DNA of 64,000 nucleotides, from positions 1 through 64,000 of the IMG/VR virus record IMGVR_UViG_3300021963_000054; one strand, given 5' to 3'. A model generated the notes under the pieces. It searched no databases. It saw only the letters and a list, made by a program, of their open reading frames with translations, and had not been told where the DNA came from. The translations under genes were made by a program, and so were the position numbers. This document shows, piece by piece, positions 47,874 to 58,459 of the stretch; the first letter of the stretch is position 1, and every line of letters starts with the position of its first letter. This DNA comes from a virus.

Positions 47874-48206
47874 ATGGCTGCATTTTCAGAAATCGTTATA
47901 GAGCAAGGCGCAACATTCAACACTACAATTAATGTTGAAGATACAGCTGGAGCCGCAATTAATCTTTATGGTTATACTGCAAACTCCATGATGCGTAAAT
48001 CATACTATTCCTCAAGCGCAACAACAATTACATCTACAGTAACTGGCACAGCAAATGGTGAAGTAACCCTTTCCGTAACTGCGGCTAATACTGCGGCATT
48101 AACTCCCGGAAGATATGTGTATGATGTTATCATTACATCTCCAACTTCCGTTGTCACACGGGTTGTTGAAGGAATTGTTACTGTTCTACCTTCAGTTACG
48201 AGGTAA
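47874..48206 (+). CDS. Small Ig-like virion structural protein
   Basis: IEQGATF, NLYGYT..MRKSY, GRYVYDV, RVVEG. Confidence 0.7.
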   Translation: MAAFSEIVIEQGATFNTTINVEDTAGAAINLYGYTANSMMRKSYYSSSATTITSTVTGTANGEVTLSVTAANTAALTPGRYVYDVIITSPTSVVTRVVEGIVTVLPSVTR

Positions 48207-48208
48207 TT

Positions 48209-48463
48209 ATGGTCACAGCTAGAATCAATACTCCAGGAGTGATTGGTAAAGTTGCTGTTCGCCCAAATCAAAGAACAACAATTGCAGATCCAAAGTTTAT
48301 TCCTAAACCAAATGTTGGTTTAGTTGAATTGTATGATACCACAGTTGATGCTCCGGAAGAGGGCGATGTTATCGCATATGTGGCTAGCACAGGAAAGTTT
48401 GAGAATCAGCCACTCGGTAACGTAAGTGTTCAAGTTCCAAGGATAAATGGCGGAGCTTTTTGA
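48209..48463 (+). CDS. Small virion protein ending NGGAF
   Basis: GAGG RBS, 84 aa. Confidence 0.7.
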   Translation: MVTARINTPGVIGKVAVRPNQRTTIADPKFIPKPNVGLVELYDTTVDAPEEGDVIAYVASTGKFENQPLGNVSVQVPRINGGAF

Positions 48464-48517
48464 CTTACCAAATTCATAAATAGAAGAATAAGAAGATTCC
48501 ACAATTAAGGAACGATA

Positions 48518-50167
48518 ATGGCAAATACAGTAATCCAGTTAAAATATTCCAGCATAACCAACAAACCGCCTACACTTAATGTAGCGGAACCAGCATACTC
48601 TAGTGTATCCGAAACTCTTTGGATTGACAATGGAACTGGTGTCGTAGCGATTGGCGGTAAAGCATATACTGACAAAATTGATGCGGCTGCCTCAGCGGCG
48701 ACAGCTAACGTTCTTGTTAAGAGAGATACTACAGGTAACGCATCTTTCAATTACATCACTGCTAACATTGTTGGTAGCATTTATGGTAATGCAACAAGTG
48801 CAGACAAATGGTATACTCCTAGAGATATTGGTGTTTCCGGTGATGCAACAGGTATCGTTTCTGTTGACGGTACAGCAAACGCTAATATTCCATTAGTTCT
48901 TTCCAACTCTGGTGTGGCTGCTGGAAATTATGGTGGTGCAACAAATGCCGCAGTAATTTCTGTAGACACAAAAGGTCGTGTAACATACGCGGCTAACGTT
49001 CCGATTTCTTCTACACTAAACTTCTCGGGCGATATTGGTGCGGCTCCAGGAACATTATCTCTAATCTCCGATACCCTAACAATCAAGGGCAGTCTAAACG
49101 GCGGTATCAGTACCAATGCTGTTGATGCAAACAATACAGTACTTGTTAATGTTGATAATACTGTTCTTAGAAATTCTGGAAATCAATTTATCTCCGGCGA
49201 CTTGTCATTAACAGGAAGTTTGTTTGTTGCTGGTAATACCACAACAGTGGATACTACAACAATATCAACAGCAGACTCTTTAATTAGACTAGGCGCAAAT
49301 AACACAGTAAGCGATGTTCTAGATATTGGTTTCTATGGCAAAGCAAATACAGGCACAGAAGTAACTCATCACGGTCTTGTTCGTAGAGCAGGAACTGGTA
49401 ATGACTTCTTCTTGTTCAAAAATTTAAATACTGATCCAACAGCAAACGTTCTTGCTACAGGTTCAGTAACGGCTGCTAATACCGCAACATTAAGGGCTAA
49501 CCTAACTGGCGGTATGATTTCCGCTCTTGCTAATACTATTGGTGTTGTTGACGGTGGTACTGGCGCAGGCACATTTGCGACTGGTAGCATTCTAGTTGGT
49601 GATGGAACAAACTCATTAAAAGTACTAGCTAATACCGGTACAGCAGGAGCATATGGTTCTGCATCTAATACATTAATTGTTACCACAGATGCGTATGGTC
49701 GTGTGTCAGCTATTACAAATAGTGCAATTCAAATTGATGCTTCAAACATCGTATCTGGTAATTTAGCAATTAATAGAGGCGGCACAAACAACGATTCTTA
49801 CACAACTGGTGCCGCAGTATTCTATGATGGTACTGCAATTAAGACATTAGCAAATACTGGCACAGCAGGAACTTATGGTTCAGCATCTTATGTTCCTGTG
49901 GTTACAACTGATGCTTTAGGTCGTGTTTCGGGTGTAAGCAATACTGCAATCAATATTGATACAAGCGCAGTCGTTTCCGGCACACTAGGTATCGCAAGAG
50001 GCGGTTCAGGAGCATCTTCATTCTCAGTTAAAGGTGTTATCGTTTCTGATGCGGCATCAACAACTGGTGCATTGTCTGCATTGACTTCACCAACCGAAGG
50101 TCATCTATTACAAATTAATTCATCTGGAGCACCAACTTTTGCACACCTAAATGGTGGAACATTCTAA
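48518..50167 (+). CDS. Fibre protein (Mtd-N-like MANTVIQLK start)
   Basis: Late promoter CATAAATA 48475; VDTKGRVT/TDAYGRVS repeats; ends LNGGTF. Confidence 0.75.
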   Translation: MANTVIQLKYSSITNKPPTLNVAEPAYSSVSETLWIDNGTGVVAIGGKAYTDKIDAAASAATANVLVKRDTTGNASFNYITANIVGSIYGNATSADKWYTPRDIGVSGDATGIVSVDGTANANIPLVLSNSGVAAGNYGGATNAAVISVDTKGRVTYAANVPISSTLNFSGDIGAAPGTLSLISDTLTIKGSLNGGISTNAVDANNTVLVNVDNTVLRNSGNQFISGDLSLTGSLFVAGNTTTVDTTTISTADSLIRLGANNTVSDVLDIGFYGKANTGTEVTHHGLVRRAGTGNDFFLFKNLNTDPTANVLATGSVTAANTATLRANLTGGMISALANTIGVVDGGTGAGTFATGSILVGDGTNSLKVLANTGTAGAYGSASNTLIVTTDAYGRVSAITNSAIQIDASNIVSGNLAINRGGTNNDSYTTGAAVFYDGTAIKTLANTGTAGTYGSASYVPVVTTDALGRVSGVSNTAINIDTSAVVSGTLGIARGGSGASSFSVKGVIVSDAASTTGALSALTSPTEGHLLQINSSGAPTFAHLNGGTF

Positions 50168-50189
50168 ATTATAATGAAAGGATTTTATT

Positions 50190-50750
50190 ATGGATGTGAG
50201 ATTACAAAATGCTTATGTAGAGGTTTTGCTTGGCAATTTTATGGAAGTTGTCAAGCAGAATTTAATGTTTCAAGCACAAATTGAAGTAAATAAGAATAGT
50301 TTACAAGAAGCAGAAGATTCAGTAAGAAGATTAAAAGAAGTTTCTGAAGCGAATATAACATATCAATCTCAACTTGTTGAAAAAGATAAAATTATAAATG
50401 AGTTAACGAGCGAAAGAAATAACCTAAAAAGTTCTTCAGGAAATAATGATTCTTTGAAACAAGAAAAAGATAGATTGCAAAGTGCAGTCAATGACTACAT
50501 GAGACAATTAAAATCTGCACAACAAGAAGTATTGACGGTTAAGAGTGAATCTCAAAATGTTTTATTACAAAACAATAATCGGATTGAAGAACTCACTAAA
50601 TATGTTGCAAGATTGGAAACTGTAGTTCCGGCAAACAAACTTAAAAAAGTTAAACTTGGTGAAGTTATTCAACCTGATACTTCAGAGATTACAGTTGAAG
50701 AACCTGTTCTTCCAATTGATGATGTTGTGAAATCTGGCGGAACATTCTAA
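50190..50750 (+). CDS. Coiled-coil protein ending SGGTF
   Basis: Long heptad pattern, AAGGA RBS. Confidence 0.75.
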   Translation: MDVRLQNAYVEVLLGNFMEVVKQNLMFQAQIEVNKNSLQEAEDSVRRLKEVSEANITYQSQLVEKDKIINELTSERNNLKSSSGNNDSLKQEKDRLQSAVNDYMRQLKSAQQEVLTVKSESQNVLLQNNNRIEELTKYVARLETVVPANKLKKVKLGEVIQPDTSEITVEEPVLPIDDVVKSGGTF

Positions 50751-50760
50751 GATTCGGTAA

Positions 50761-51870
50761 ATGGCAAATACAGTAATTCAATTAAAAAATTCGGGAGCAT
50801 CAGGTAATACACCAAGCACATTAGCGCCGGGTGAATTGGCTATTAACTATGCCGATGGTAAACTGTATTATGGTAATCAAGTAAATACTCCAATTCTATT
50901 TGATGTTATAACTGAGCCTACCGGACTAAATCAAGAAATTCAATTTAATGATTCTGGTGCATTTGGCGCATCAGCAAATCTAAAATTTGATAAAACAACA
51001 AAAACTTTAACTACCGATAAAATTGTTTCGGCGAATATTGAAGTTTCATCAAACTTAGTTGCTGATAATGTAATTGCACATACAGCATTGTATGTTGGCA
51101 TTGCAGATATTTCCCACACTCCTCTAGCGAACTCATTAGGGTACTTCACAGGAAATTCTTCTCCGTATGTTCAAGTAAACATTGAGAATATTGATCCAGA
51201 TGGTTCGGCTGATTGGGTTGCTACTGCTGACGTTGGTAGCGATTCAACATTCTACACAGACGTAGGTATTCAAAACTCAGGCAATTCAGATGGAACAATT
51301 AAACCACTAGATGGTTATTTGTTAGTACAAGGTAACACAGGTCAAATTGGTGGCAATCTTATAATTGGTACCATCTCTGGAACACCAGGGCAAGAAATTC
51401 GTGTTGTCGTTGATGGCAATGAAGATGCGAATGTAGTCTTAAAAATTAATTCTTCTGGTTTGCAGATGGTCAGAGGTGATATCACAAGTAATGTCACCAC
51501 AAGAATTAGTAACGTTTCAAACTCAGCATTTGCACAAGCAAACTTAGCATACAACGCAGCCAATTCCGCAGTAACGACAGGACAAGCCAACGTAGGCGCA
51601 GGATTAATTGTTGTTACTGGAAGAACAAATTTAGCATACGATAAAGCAAATGCCGCATATGATTATGCTAATACACTTATAACAGGTGGTGCTTCTGGTG
51701 ATTATTTTCCAACAAGTTCATATGGTTTCGTGTCTCAAAGTATAATTGCTCTTGTTTCGGATGACACATTCATACAGGGAGAATTAACTGGACCAGTTTA
51801 TGATTGTTCAGATAATCCAATAACTCCCGAAGGCTTTTACTTGGAAAAAGACCTTGGCTATTTAACGTAA
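50761..51870 (+). CDS. Fibre protein (Mtd-N-like)
   Basis: MANTVIQLK...GELAINYADGKLY, IQFNDSGAFG. Confidence 0.75.
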   Translation: MANTVIQLKNSGASGNTPSTLAPGELAINYADGKLYYGNQVNTPILFDVITEPTGLNQEIQFNDSGAFGASANLKFDKTTKTLTTDKIVSANIEVSSNLVADNVIAHTALYVGIADISHTPLANSLGYFTGNSSPYVQVNIENIDPDGSADWVATADVGSDSTFYTDVGIQNSGNSDGTIKPLDGYLLVQGNTGQIGGNLIIGTISGTPGQEIRVVVDGNEDANVVLKINSSGLQMVRGDITSNVTTRISNVSNSAFAQANLAYNAANSAVTTGQANVGAGLIVVTGRTNLAYDKANAAYDYANTLITGGASGDYFPTSSYGFVSQSIIALVSDDTFIQGELTGPVYDCSDNPITPEGFYLEKDLGYLT

Positions 51871-51901
51871 CATAAATAGATTGATAATTTAAGGATATTA
51901 A

Positions 51902-53710
51902 ATGCCAACGCAATTACAGTTAAGAAGAGGAAATACAGCGCAGACTGCAACATTTACTGGAGCAGTGGCTGAGATTACCGTTGACACAGATAAGAAAACA
52001 GTTGTTGTTCACGACGGCACAACAGCTGGTGGTTTTGCTCTTGCTTTAGAATCAGCACAGTTAGACCAATTTGCATTCACAAAAGCAAACTTAGCATTTG
52101 ATAGAGCAAACTCAGCATTTGCTCAAGCAAATGCAGCCTATGATACAGCTAACACAAAATTCAATTCTGCTGGCGGTACAATTTCTGGTAATGTAATCGT
52201 AACTGGTAACGTAACTCCAACAACAGATAATGTTTACAGTTTAGGTTCAGCAGGAAATCGTTGGAAAGATTTGTTTGTTGGACCAGGTTCAGTCAACATT
52301 GATGGTATTGTTATCGGAAACACTGGCGGGAATATTGTAATTAGTGGCGCATCTGATTTTGTTTTTCAACCCACAGGTGGCGCACCTTCAGTTTCTACTT
52401 CCGGTAGTGCTAACATCGCACTCAACGCATTCAATCAAGCTAACTTAGCATACAATCAAGCAAACGTTTCTTATGGTTCTTTTGCACAAGCTAATCTAGC
52501 ATACAGTCAAGCAAACTCTGGAACTGGTATTGCAGTTTCCGCTTTTGCACAAGCCAACTTAGCTTATACCGCGGCTAATAATGCTGTAGACACTTGGGTT
52601 AGAAATCAAGCTAACACAGCATATGACCAAGCAAATAATGCATTCGCTCAAGCTAATCTAGCGTTTACGGCTGCAAATAATGCTGTAGACACTTGGGTTA
52701 GAAATCAAGCTAACACCGCTTATAATAGAGCAAACTCAGCATTCGCACAGGCTAACCTAGCTTACGATACAGCAAATGCCGCATTGCCAAAACTTGGTGG
52801 TACAATTACTGGTGACTTGACTGTTTCTGGTAACTTAGTTATTTCTGGTAATACAACAACACTTAATGTTTCTTCATTGGCTGTTACTGATACTGTTATC
52901 CGATTAGGTACAGATAATCAAACCGACCTACTAGATATCGGTTTTGTTGGTCACTACGCTAATACGCCAAATAATCACACAGGTTTGATTCGTAAATTTA
53001 GCGATGGCAAATATTACTTGTTTGATAATTTGCAAACAGATAATGAGCCAACTAATATTGTTGATATTGCAAACACAAGAGTTGCAACACTAAGCGCAAA
53101 TCTAATCACGAACGTAATCTCATTGCGTGGACTTGATCCATTAGAATATTCAAATACAATTTATACTAATGCACAAGCAAATACAGGCAATGCAGTAATT
53201 ACATTAACATCTGCTTATCAAGCAAACGTCGGTGCTGGACTTATTACTGTAACATCAGATTATCAAGCAAACGTAGGTGCAGGTCTAATTACCAAGGTTG
53301 ATAAAGCTGGTGATGTAATGACTGGCGGTTTGTCTGCTAACGGCGCAATAATTGGCTCAAGTTTGACAGCAAACACTACAGCAACAATTAATACGAATGC
53401 TGTTTATGAATCTACTGCTGTAACAACTGCGGCCAATACTCAATTTACATTAGATTCATTTTCAACAACTGCATATCGTTCAGCTAAATATCTCGTTCAG
53501 ATTTCTAGCGGTTCATCATATGAATTACTAGAAATGACTTTGATCCATGATGGAACGACTGTGTATTTGTCTCAGTATGGTAACATTAAAACTGGTGCAA
53601 CATTAGGTGTATTTGACGCTACAATTTCAACTGGTACTTTAAGTTTGTTAGCTACACCAAACAATGCAGTAACTACGTTCAAGACAGCTATAACTCTGAT
53701 ACCGACATAA
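51902..53710 (+). CDS. Fibre protein with Mtd-N-like head and AFAQAN heptad shaft
   Basis: MPTQLQLRRG...VVHDGTTAGG; 41-bp exact repeat at 52577 and 52676; C-terminal YRSAKYLVQ domain. Confidence 0.8.
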   Translation: MPTQLQLRRGNTAQTATFTGAVAEITVDTDKKTVVVHDGTTAGGFALALESAQLDQFAFTKANLAFDRANSAFAQANAAYDTANTKFNSAGGTISGNVIVTGNVTPTTDNVYSLGSAGNRWKDLFVGPGSVNIDGIVIGNTGGNIVISGASDFVFQPTGGAPSVSTSGSANIALNAFNQANLAYNQANVSYGSFAQANLAYSQANSGTGIAVSAFAQANLAYTAANNAVDTWVRNQANTAYDQANNAFAQANLAFTAANNAVDTWVRNQANTAYNRANSAFAQANLAYDTANAALPKLGGTITGDLTVSGNLVISGNTTTLNVSSLAVTDTVIRLGTDNQTDLLDIGFVGHYANTPNNHTGLIRKFSDGKYYLFDNLQTDNEPTNIVDIANTRVATLSANLITNVISLRGLDPLEYSNTIYTNAQANTGNAVITLTSAYQANVGAGLITVTSDYQANVGAGLITKVDKAGDVMTGGLSANGAIIGSSLTANTTATINTNAVYESTAVTTAANTQFTLDSFSTTAYRSAKYLVQISSGSSYELLEMTLIHDGTTVYLSQYGNIKTGATLGVFDATISTGTLSLLATPNNAVTTFKTAITLIPT

Positions 53711-53740
53711 TAAAATTCATAAACAAAGGGATAGTGAACT

Positions 53741-55696
53741 TTGGCAACAACAAGATTATCAACAGTAATTGGTAACGTCATTGTAGGCGCTACTGGACCT
53801 ACGGGTCCAACAGGTCCCACTGGTCCTACACCATCAATTGGCGGTTCAAACACTCACATTCAATTCAACAATAGTGGTTCTTTAGGTGGATCTTCTAGTT
53901 TAGTTTGGAATGGTACAGGGTTGAGTGTTGCAGGAGATATATTTGCAACTGGCAATAAAATTATAGGTATTAACGGCACAGGAGTTGCTGCCGGTACTTT
54001 TGCTTTTAGAAATTCTTCGGGTGTACAAAAGTCTGCTATTGGTTCATATTACAATATTGCGAATGAGGGGAACCTTGAGTTTATAAATGGCACAACCACT
54101 AGTATGGTGCTTAATTCTAGCGGTAACTTGGGTATTGGGACAAGTTCGCCTCAAGGCTCATTAGATGTTACGGCTACAGGTGCAACAGTTAATCAATTTT
54201 TGACTGGCGGCGGTGGTAACAATTCAGTAACAGGCATTTTTAGAATTGGCTCTGGCTCGGGTAGAGGTGCGAGTATCCAAGGCTTTCGTGGTGCATCTTC
54301 TAATATCCACAGCCTAGATTTCTACACATACAATTCCGCTGATGTTTTTGGTATGCGCCTTGATTCCAGCGGTAACTTGGGTATTGGTACAAGTTCTCCA
54401 GCGGCTGATTTAGAAATTAAACGAACAGGAGCAGTCAATGTTAAATTACAAGTAACTAGTGCTTATGAATCTGCATTATGGCTTGTAAATGGAGGAGGCT
54501 CTGAAGTAAGTGTTATTAACGCTGGAGGTAGTAATATACTTTCGTTTCGCACTAACAACACCGAGCGTATGCGTATCGACTCCAGCGGTAACGTAGGATT
54601 AACAACATCTGCATATACTCTTGGCTCCTTGTTGCAATTGGGTCGAGTATTTTCTTTTGCTCAAGATATTAACAGTGGATATTTAGGCGCTGGCTGGGTT
54701 GGTGGGTCAGCGCCAACTTTTGCAGTCACGGGCAATTATGCAGTACGTGAATATTTTGATAGTGCCCTAGGTACAATAGTTTGGCAGACGGCGGGAACAG
54801 GCACGGCAGGAAACGCAGTTGGTTTTGCCACAAGAATGACTCTCGATAACGCTGGTAACTTGGGTATTGGCACTACAACACCTTCAACTGGTAAATTTAG
54901 TGATGCGTCATATGCGTTTCTAAATCAATCTGCAAGCACTAGCACAGGCACAAATATTTTTGCCAGCAATTCTGATAACTCAAAATATATTGGCTTATGG
55001 AGCGGACATTCAGGGGCAGAGCCTGCAATTGGTGTTAAGACTGGAAATGCATTTACATTTGGTAAATGGGCGGCAATAAACGGAACTGGTGGTTTTACCG
55101 AAAATATGCGTATCGACTCTAGTGGCTCATTATTATTAGGTACAACAACTAACCCAACATCTGGCAGTTTTCCTCGTCCCACTTTATCAATAAAACAGTT
55201 GAATGATTCAGGTAGCGGGTACACCGCTATGCATATTGAGGCATTTGGGGATCAGTCAGTGCTTGGTATTGGTTATAACGGCGATGTTTTTGCATTTAGT
55301 ACGTCATACCGCGGCACAGGAGCTTACCGAGGTATATCTTTCAACACAAGTGGTACTGAAAGAATGCGTATCGACACCAGCGGTAACTTTAGCATTACTC
55401 AAACACCTGGTAAATACACAGTTGACGTAACTGGAGGAGCTACCAGTATTGCTAACGGCGGCACAGTTGATTTTCCTAGTGCGTCAGGAATGCTAGTAGT
55501 GAATAATTGGTTAAATGGAGCCGTAACACTATACCTTTGCGGTGGCGGATCAGTAACTGTAGTTTCAAACGTCATTGCTCAAGCTGGATCTTTTGCTTAT
55601 AACAGTGGTATTGGTGGGTATACTTGGACTAATAATGTTTATGGTGGAACTGCTACATTTGGGTTCTTCTTTGTCCGAACAAGAACAACAGCCTAA
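53741..55696 (+). CDS. Modular tail fibre/adhesin
   Basis: TTG start, short GPT collagen run, six RxDSSGNxGIGT-type junctions separating variable units. Confidence 0.8.
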   Translation: MATTRLSTVIGNVIVGATGPTGPTGPTGPTPSIGGSNTHIQFNNSGSLGGSSSLVWNGTGLSVAGDIFATGNKIIGINGTGVAAGTFAFRNSSGVQKSAIGSYYNIANEGNLEFINGTTTSMVLNSSGNLGIGTSSPQGSLDVTATGATVNQFLTGGGGNNSVTGIFRIGSGSGRGASIQGFRGASSNIHSLDFYTYNSADVFGMRLDSSGNLGIGTSSPAADLEIKRTGAVNVKLQVTSAYESALWLVNGGGSEVSVINAGGSNILSFRTNNTERMRIDSSGNVGLTTSAYTLGSLLQLGRVFSFAQDINSGYLGAGWVGGSAPTFAVTGNYAVREYFDSALGTIVWQTAGTGTAGNAVGFATRMTLDNAGNLGIGTTTPSTGKFSDASYAFLNQSASTSTGTNIFASNSDNSKYIGLWSGHSGAEPAIGVKTGNAFTFGKWAAINGTGGFTENMRIDSSGSLLLGTTTNPTSGSFPRPTLSIKQLNDSGSGYTAMHIEAFGDQSVLGIGYNGDVFAFSTSYRGTGAYRGISFNTSGTERMRIDTSGNFSITQTPGKYTVDVTGGATSIANGGTVDFPSASGMLVVNNWLNGAVTLYLCGGGSVTVVSNVIAQAGSFAYNSGIGGYTWTNNVYGGTATFGFFFVRTRTTA

Positions 55697-55704
55697 GGAA
55701 AAAA

Positions 55705-55977
55705 ATGGAATATACTGTCAACAAGATTCAAGACCAATCATTTGGATATAATATTTCAATGGAACATTTGGGGAAAAAAATTAACTTTAATGTTTTTTGT
55801 GCAAACAGTGAAACTGAAATTCCCGAATTGGTAGCCCATCACCTTGCTTTTTTAGAAGCACCCGTTCCTGTATATCAGACTGAACCCCAAGTCTCTAGTT
55901 TACAAACTTTACTAGAACAACAACAAGCACTCATCACCCAACTGCAAGCCGATGTAGCGGCGCTTAAAGGAGCATAA
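55705..55977 (+). CDS. Small fibre-associated protein
   Basis: AAGGA RBS; coiled-coil end QQQALITQLQADVAALKGA. Confidence 0.7.
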   Translation: MEYTVNKIQDQSFGYNISMEHLGKKINFNVFCANSETEIPELVAHHLAFLEAPVPVYQTEPQVSSLQTLLEQQQALITQLQADVAALKGA

Positions 55978-55983
55978 ACAATG
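55918..55983 (+). repeat. 66-bp direct repeat A, copy 1 (copy 2 at 59992-60057)
   Basis: 63/66 identical, last 41 bp exact; spans a gene end, RBS and the next ATG. Confidence 0.92.
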
Positions 55984-56022
55984 TCAACAATCACATGGAA
56001 CATCAGCGACAAGACTATATAA
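55981..56022 (+). pseudogene. Truncated remnant of a 62249-family gene
   Basis: MSTITWNIS (compare MRTIVWNVS at 62249) runs into repeat B at 56009 and stops after 13 codons, despite a strong AAGGAG RBS. Confidence 0.6.
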
Positions 56023-56045
56023 AATATGGCATCTAATCAAGACTT
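56009..56045 (+). repeat. 37-bp exact direct repeat B, copy 1 (copy 2 at 62596-62632)
   Basis: acaagactatataaaatatggcatctaatcaagactt; homology continues at protein level. Confidence 0.92.
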
Positions 56046-57015
56046 CATCATAAAGAATGGGCTAACAGTTGGCTCATCGCAAGTGATTGCAGCCAATGGT
56101 CGTTGGGTTGGTGCCAACACAGGACTTATTGGTCCACAGGGAAGTGCTGGTCCTGCAGGTCCTCAAGGCGCTCAGGGAGCAACTGGTCCACAGGGAGCGG
56201 CTGCACCTTGGACAGTAATTACAACAAACACTACTGCAACATCAGGTCAACAATTAATTGCAAATACTTATACTGGTGGATTCATAGTAACATTACCAGC
56301 TTCACCTTCAGTTGGTAATGTAGTTAGAATTACCGATGGTTATGATTGGTCAGTAAATAATTTAACTATTGCGGGTAATGGAAGTACAATTGAAAATTCA
56401 GTTAATGATTTGTTAGCTGACGTTAGAGGAACAACAATTGAACTTGTTTATGATAGTTATACATGGCAAGTTGTATCAACGATTGGTCCAACAGGACCTA
56501 CCGGCGCAACAGGACCAACGGGTCCAACAGGTCCGCAAGGAGCACAAGGACCAGGCGGACCAACTGGACCTACTGGCGCACAAGGATTGACTGGTTCTAC
56601 TGGACCAACAGGACCGCAAGGTGCCCAAGGCGCACAAGGTCCTACTGGCGCAACAGGACCAACTGGTGCTCAAGGTGCTCAAGGTCCAACAGGAGCAACA
56701 GGTCCGACAGGCCCAGCTGGACCACAAGGATCTACTCCACCAATTAATGGTTCAAACACGAATATTATTTTTAATAATGCTGGCACTTTAGCTGGCTCTA
56801 ATAATTTTACATGGAATGGTTCAAAAGTAACTGTAACCGGTGAGAATCATGCGAATGTTCATGTAGCAACAAATGGAATTGTAGTGAACAGTTTAAATGT
56901 AGCAACTAGTTATACAATTGCGGCTGGCTATTCCGGCACATCAGCTGGACCAATTACCGTGAATTCTGGCGCAACAGTTACTATAGCGTCTGGTTCACGC
57001 TGGGTAATAGTTTAA
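56026..57015 (+). CDS. Collagen-like fibre protein
   Basis: Gly-X-Y runs (GPT/GAQ/GPQ) flanking a gp34-like TLPASP domain. Confidence 0.85.
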   Translation: MASNQDFIIKNGLTVGSSQVIAANGRWVGANTGLIGPQGSAGPAGPQGAQGATGPQGAAAPWTVITTNTTATSGQQLIANTYTGGFIVTLPASPSVGNVVRITDGYDWSVNNLTIAGNGSTIENSVNDLLADVRGTTIELVYDSYTWQVVSTIGPTGPTGATGPTGPTGPQGAQGPGGPTGPTGAQGLTGSTGPTGPQGAQGAQGPTGATGPTGAQGAQGPTGATGPTGPAGPQGSTPPINGSNTNIIFNNAGTLAGSNNFTWNGSKVTVTGENHANVHVATNGIVVNSLNVATSYTIAAGYSGTSAGPITVNSGATVTIASGSRWVIV

Positions 57016-57023
57016 GGAAAAAA

Positions 57024-58292
57024 ATGAGTTCAATTGTTGTTTCAGGTGATACAAGCGGCGCAGTAACATTAAATGCACCAACGGTTGCGGGTACGGTAAC
57101 TGTAACATTACCGTCTACTACTGGCACGATGCTAACAACAGCATCAACAACGGGCATCAGCGGTAGCGCAATATCTTCGGGTACTGTTGCAGAGGCTTAT
57201 GGCGGCACAGGCACTACAACGGGCTACTACGGCTTCAAGAACCGCATCATCAATGGTGGCATGACAATTGACCAGAGAAATGCTGGTGCTCTTGTAAGTG
57301 GTGCTTTAGCTGGCTCATACGTTTTGGATAGATGGAAGTTTTGGGTTAATGGAGGCGGCGGTTCTGCCGCTTATACTGTTCAGCAATCAACAATTTCACC
57401 AGCTGGTTTTACAAACTCAATTGCTATTACACAAACAGCTTCCCATTCGCCAATTACCACTCAGTATAATGCAATTGCTCAATATATTGAGGGATATAAT
57501 GTTGCAGATTTTGGGTGGGGCGAGGCTGGAGCAACTGCCGTTACTTTATCTTTTTGGGTTCGCAGTTCTTTAACAGGAACATTTGGGGGTGCTGTATCAA
57601 ATTCAAGTCAAGCTAGGTCGTATCCATTCACATATACCATTAGTTCTGCAAACACTTGGGAATATAAAACAATCACAATTCCTGGAGATACTACTGGCAC
57701 TTGGATCAAAAATAATGGCGCAGGTATTCTTTTATTTTGGCAACTTGGCGTTGGCTCAACATATCTGGGTACTGCTACAGGCGCTTGGCAGGCAGCTACA
57801 TATCTTGGTGCAACAGGTGCTACACAAATCACCGCAACAAACGGAGCCACCTTCTACATCACAGGTGTCCAGTTGGAAAAAGGCGCAACAGCGACTAGCT
57901 TTGACTACAGACCATATGGGACTGAGTTGCAACTTTGTCAGCGATACTTTCAAAGTTTTTCATACACAGGCGGAACAATGATTGCTACTGGCAGTACATT
58001 TGGAACAAGTACTGGAGCGATTCCTTTTAGTTTTTATTTCCCAATGCGTACAACGCCCTCAACAATAACACTTCCAGCAGTGGGAAACACTAGTGGGCAA
58101 TGGACAGTTTTAACTCCCGCAGGAGGTTTTCCGGGGACATTTGGAACGATTACCCTTAACAGCGCAGGCCAAAATAACATGAGGTTAAATTTTGATGGTT
58201 ATACAGGAGTTTATGCTTCCTCTGGTCAGGCGGCATTTCTGTACGCTTGTGGCTCAACGACTACGGTTGTAACTGCATCTGCGGAGTTGTAA
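57024..58292 (+). CDS. Tail fibre / carbohydrate-binding-like adhesin
   Basis: FKNRIINGGMTIDQRN, LDRW, GVQLEKG..ATSFDYRPYGTELQLCQRYF. Confidence 0.8.
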   Translation: MSSIVVSGDTSGAVTLNAPTVAGTVTVTLPSTTGTMLTTASTTGISGSAISSGTVAEAYGGTGTTTGYYGFKNRIINGGMTIDQRNAGALVSGALAGSYVLDRWKFWVNGGGGSAAYTVQQSTISPAGFTNSIAITQTASHSPITTQYNAIAQYIEGYNVADFGWGEAGATAVTLSFWVRSSLTGTFGGAVSNSSQARSYPFTYTISSANTWEYKTITIPGDTTGTWIKNNGAGILLFWQLGVGSTYLGTATGAWQAATYLGATGATQITATNGATFYITGVQLEKGATATSFDYRPYGTELQLCQRYFQSFSYTGGTMIATGSTFGTSTGAIPFSFYFPMRTTPSTITLPAVGNTSGQWTVLTPAGGFPGTFGTITLNSAGQNNMRLNFDGYTGVYASSGQAAFLYACGSTTTVVTASAEL

Positions 58293-58294
58293 TC

Positions 58295-58459
58295 ATGTAC
58301 AAACTAATAAACACACAAACACCAAACGGCTTGCAATTGAGTGATTACGCTTTGCGATTATCTGATGGCGCTTTTGTCAATAGAGAAAACAACGAAGAGT
58401 ATCTAAAATGGCTTGCAGAGGGCAACACGCCTGAACCAGCGGACGAAGGAACAGCATGA
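58295..58459 (+). CDS. Small fibre-associated protein
   Basis: GGAG RBS; EYLKWLAEGNTPEPAD motif. Confidence 0.7.
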   Translation: MYKLINTQTPNGLQLSDYALRLSDGAFVNRENNEEYLKWLAEGNTPEPADEGTA

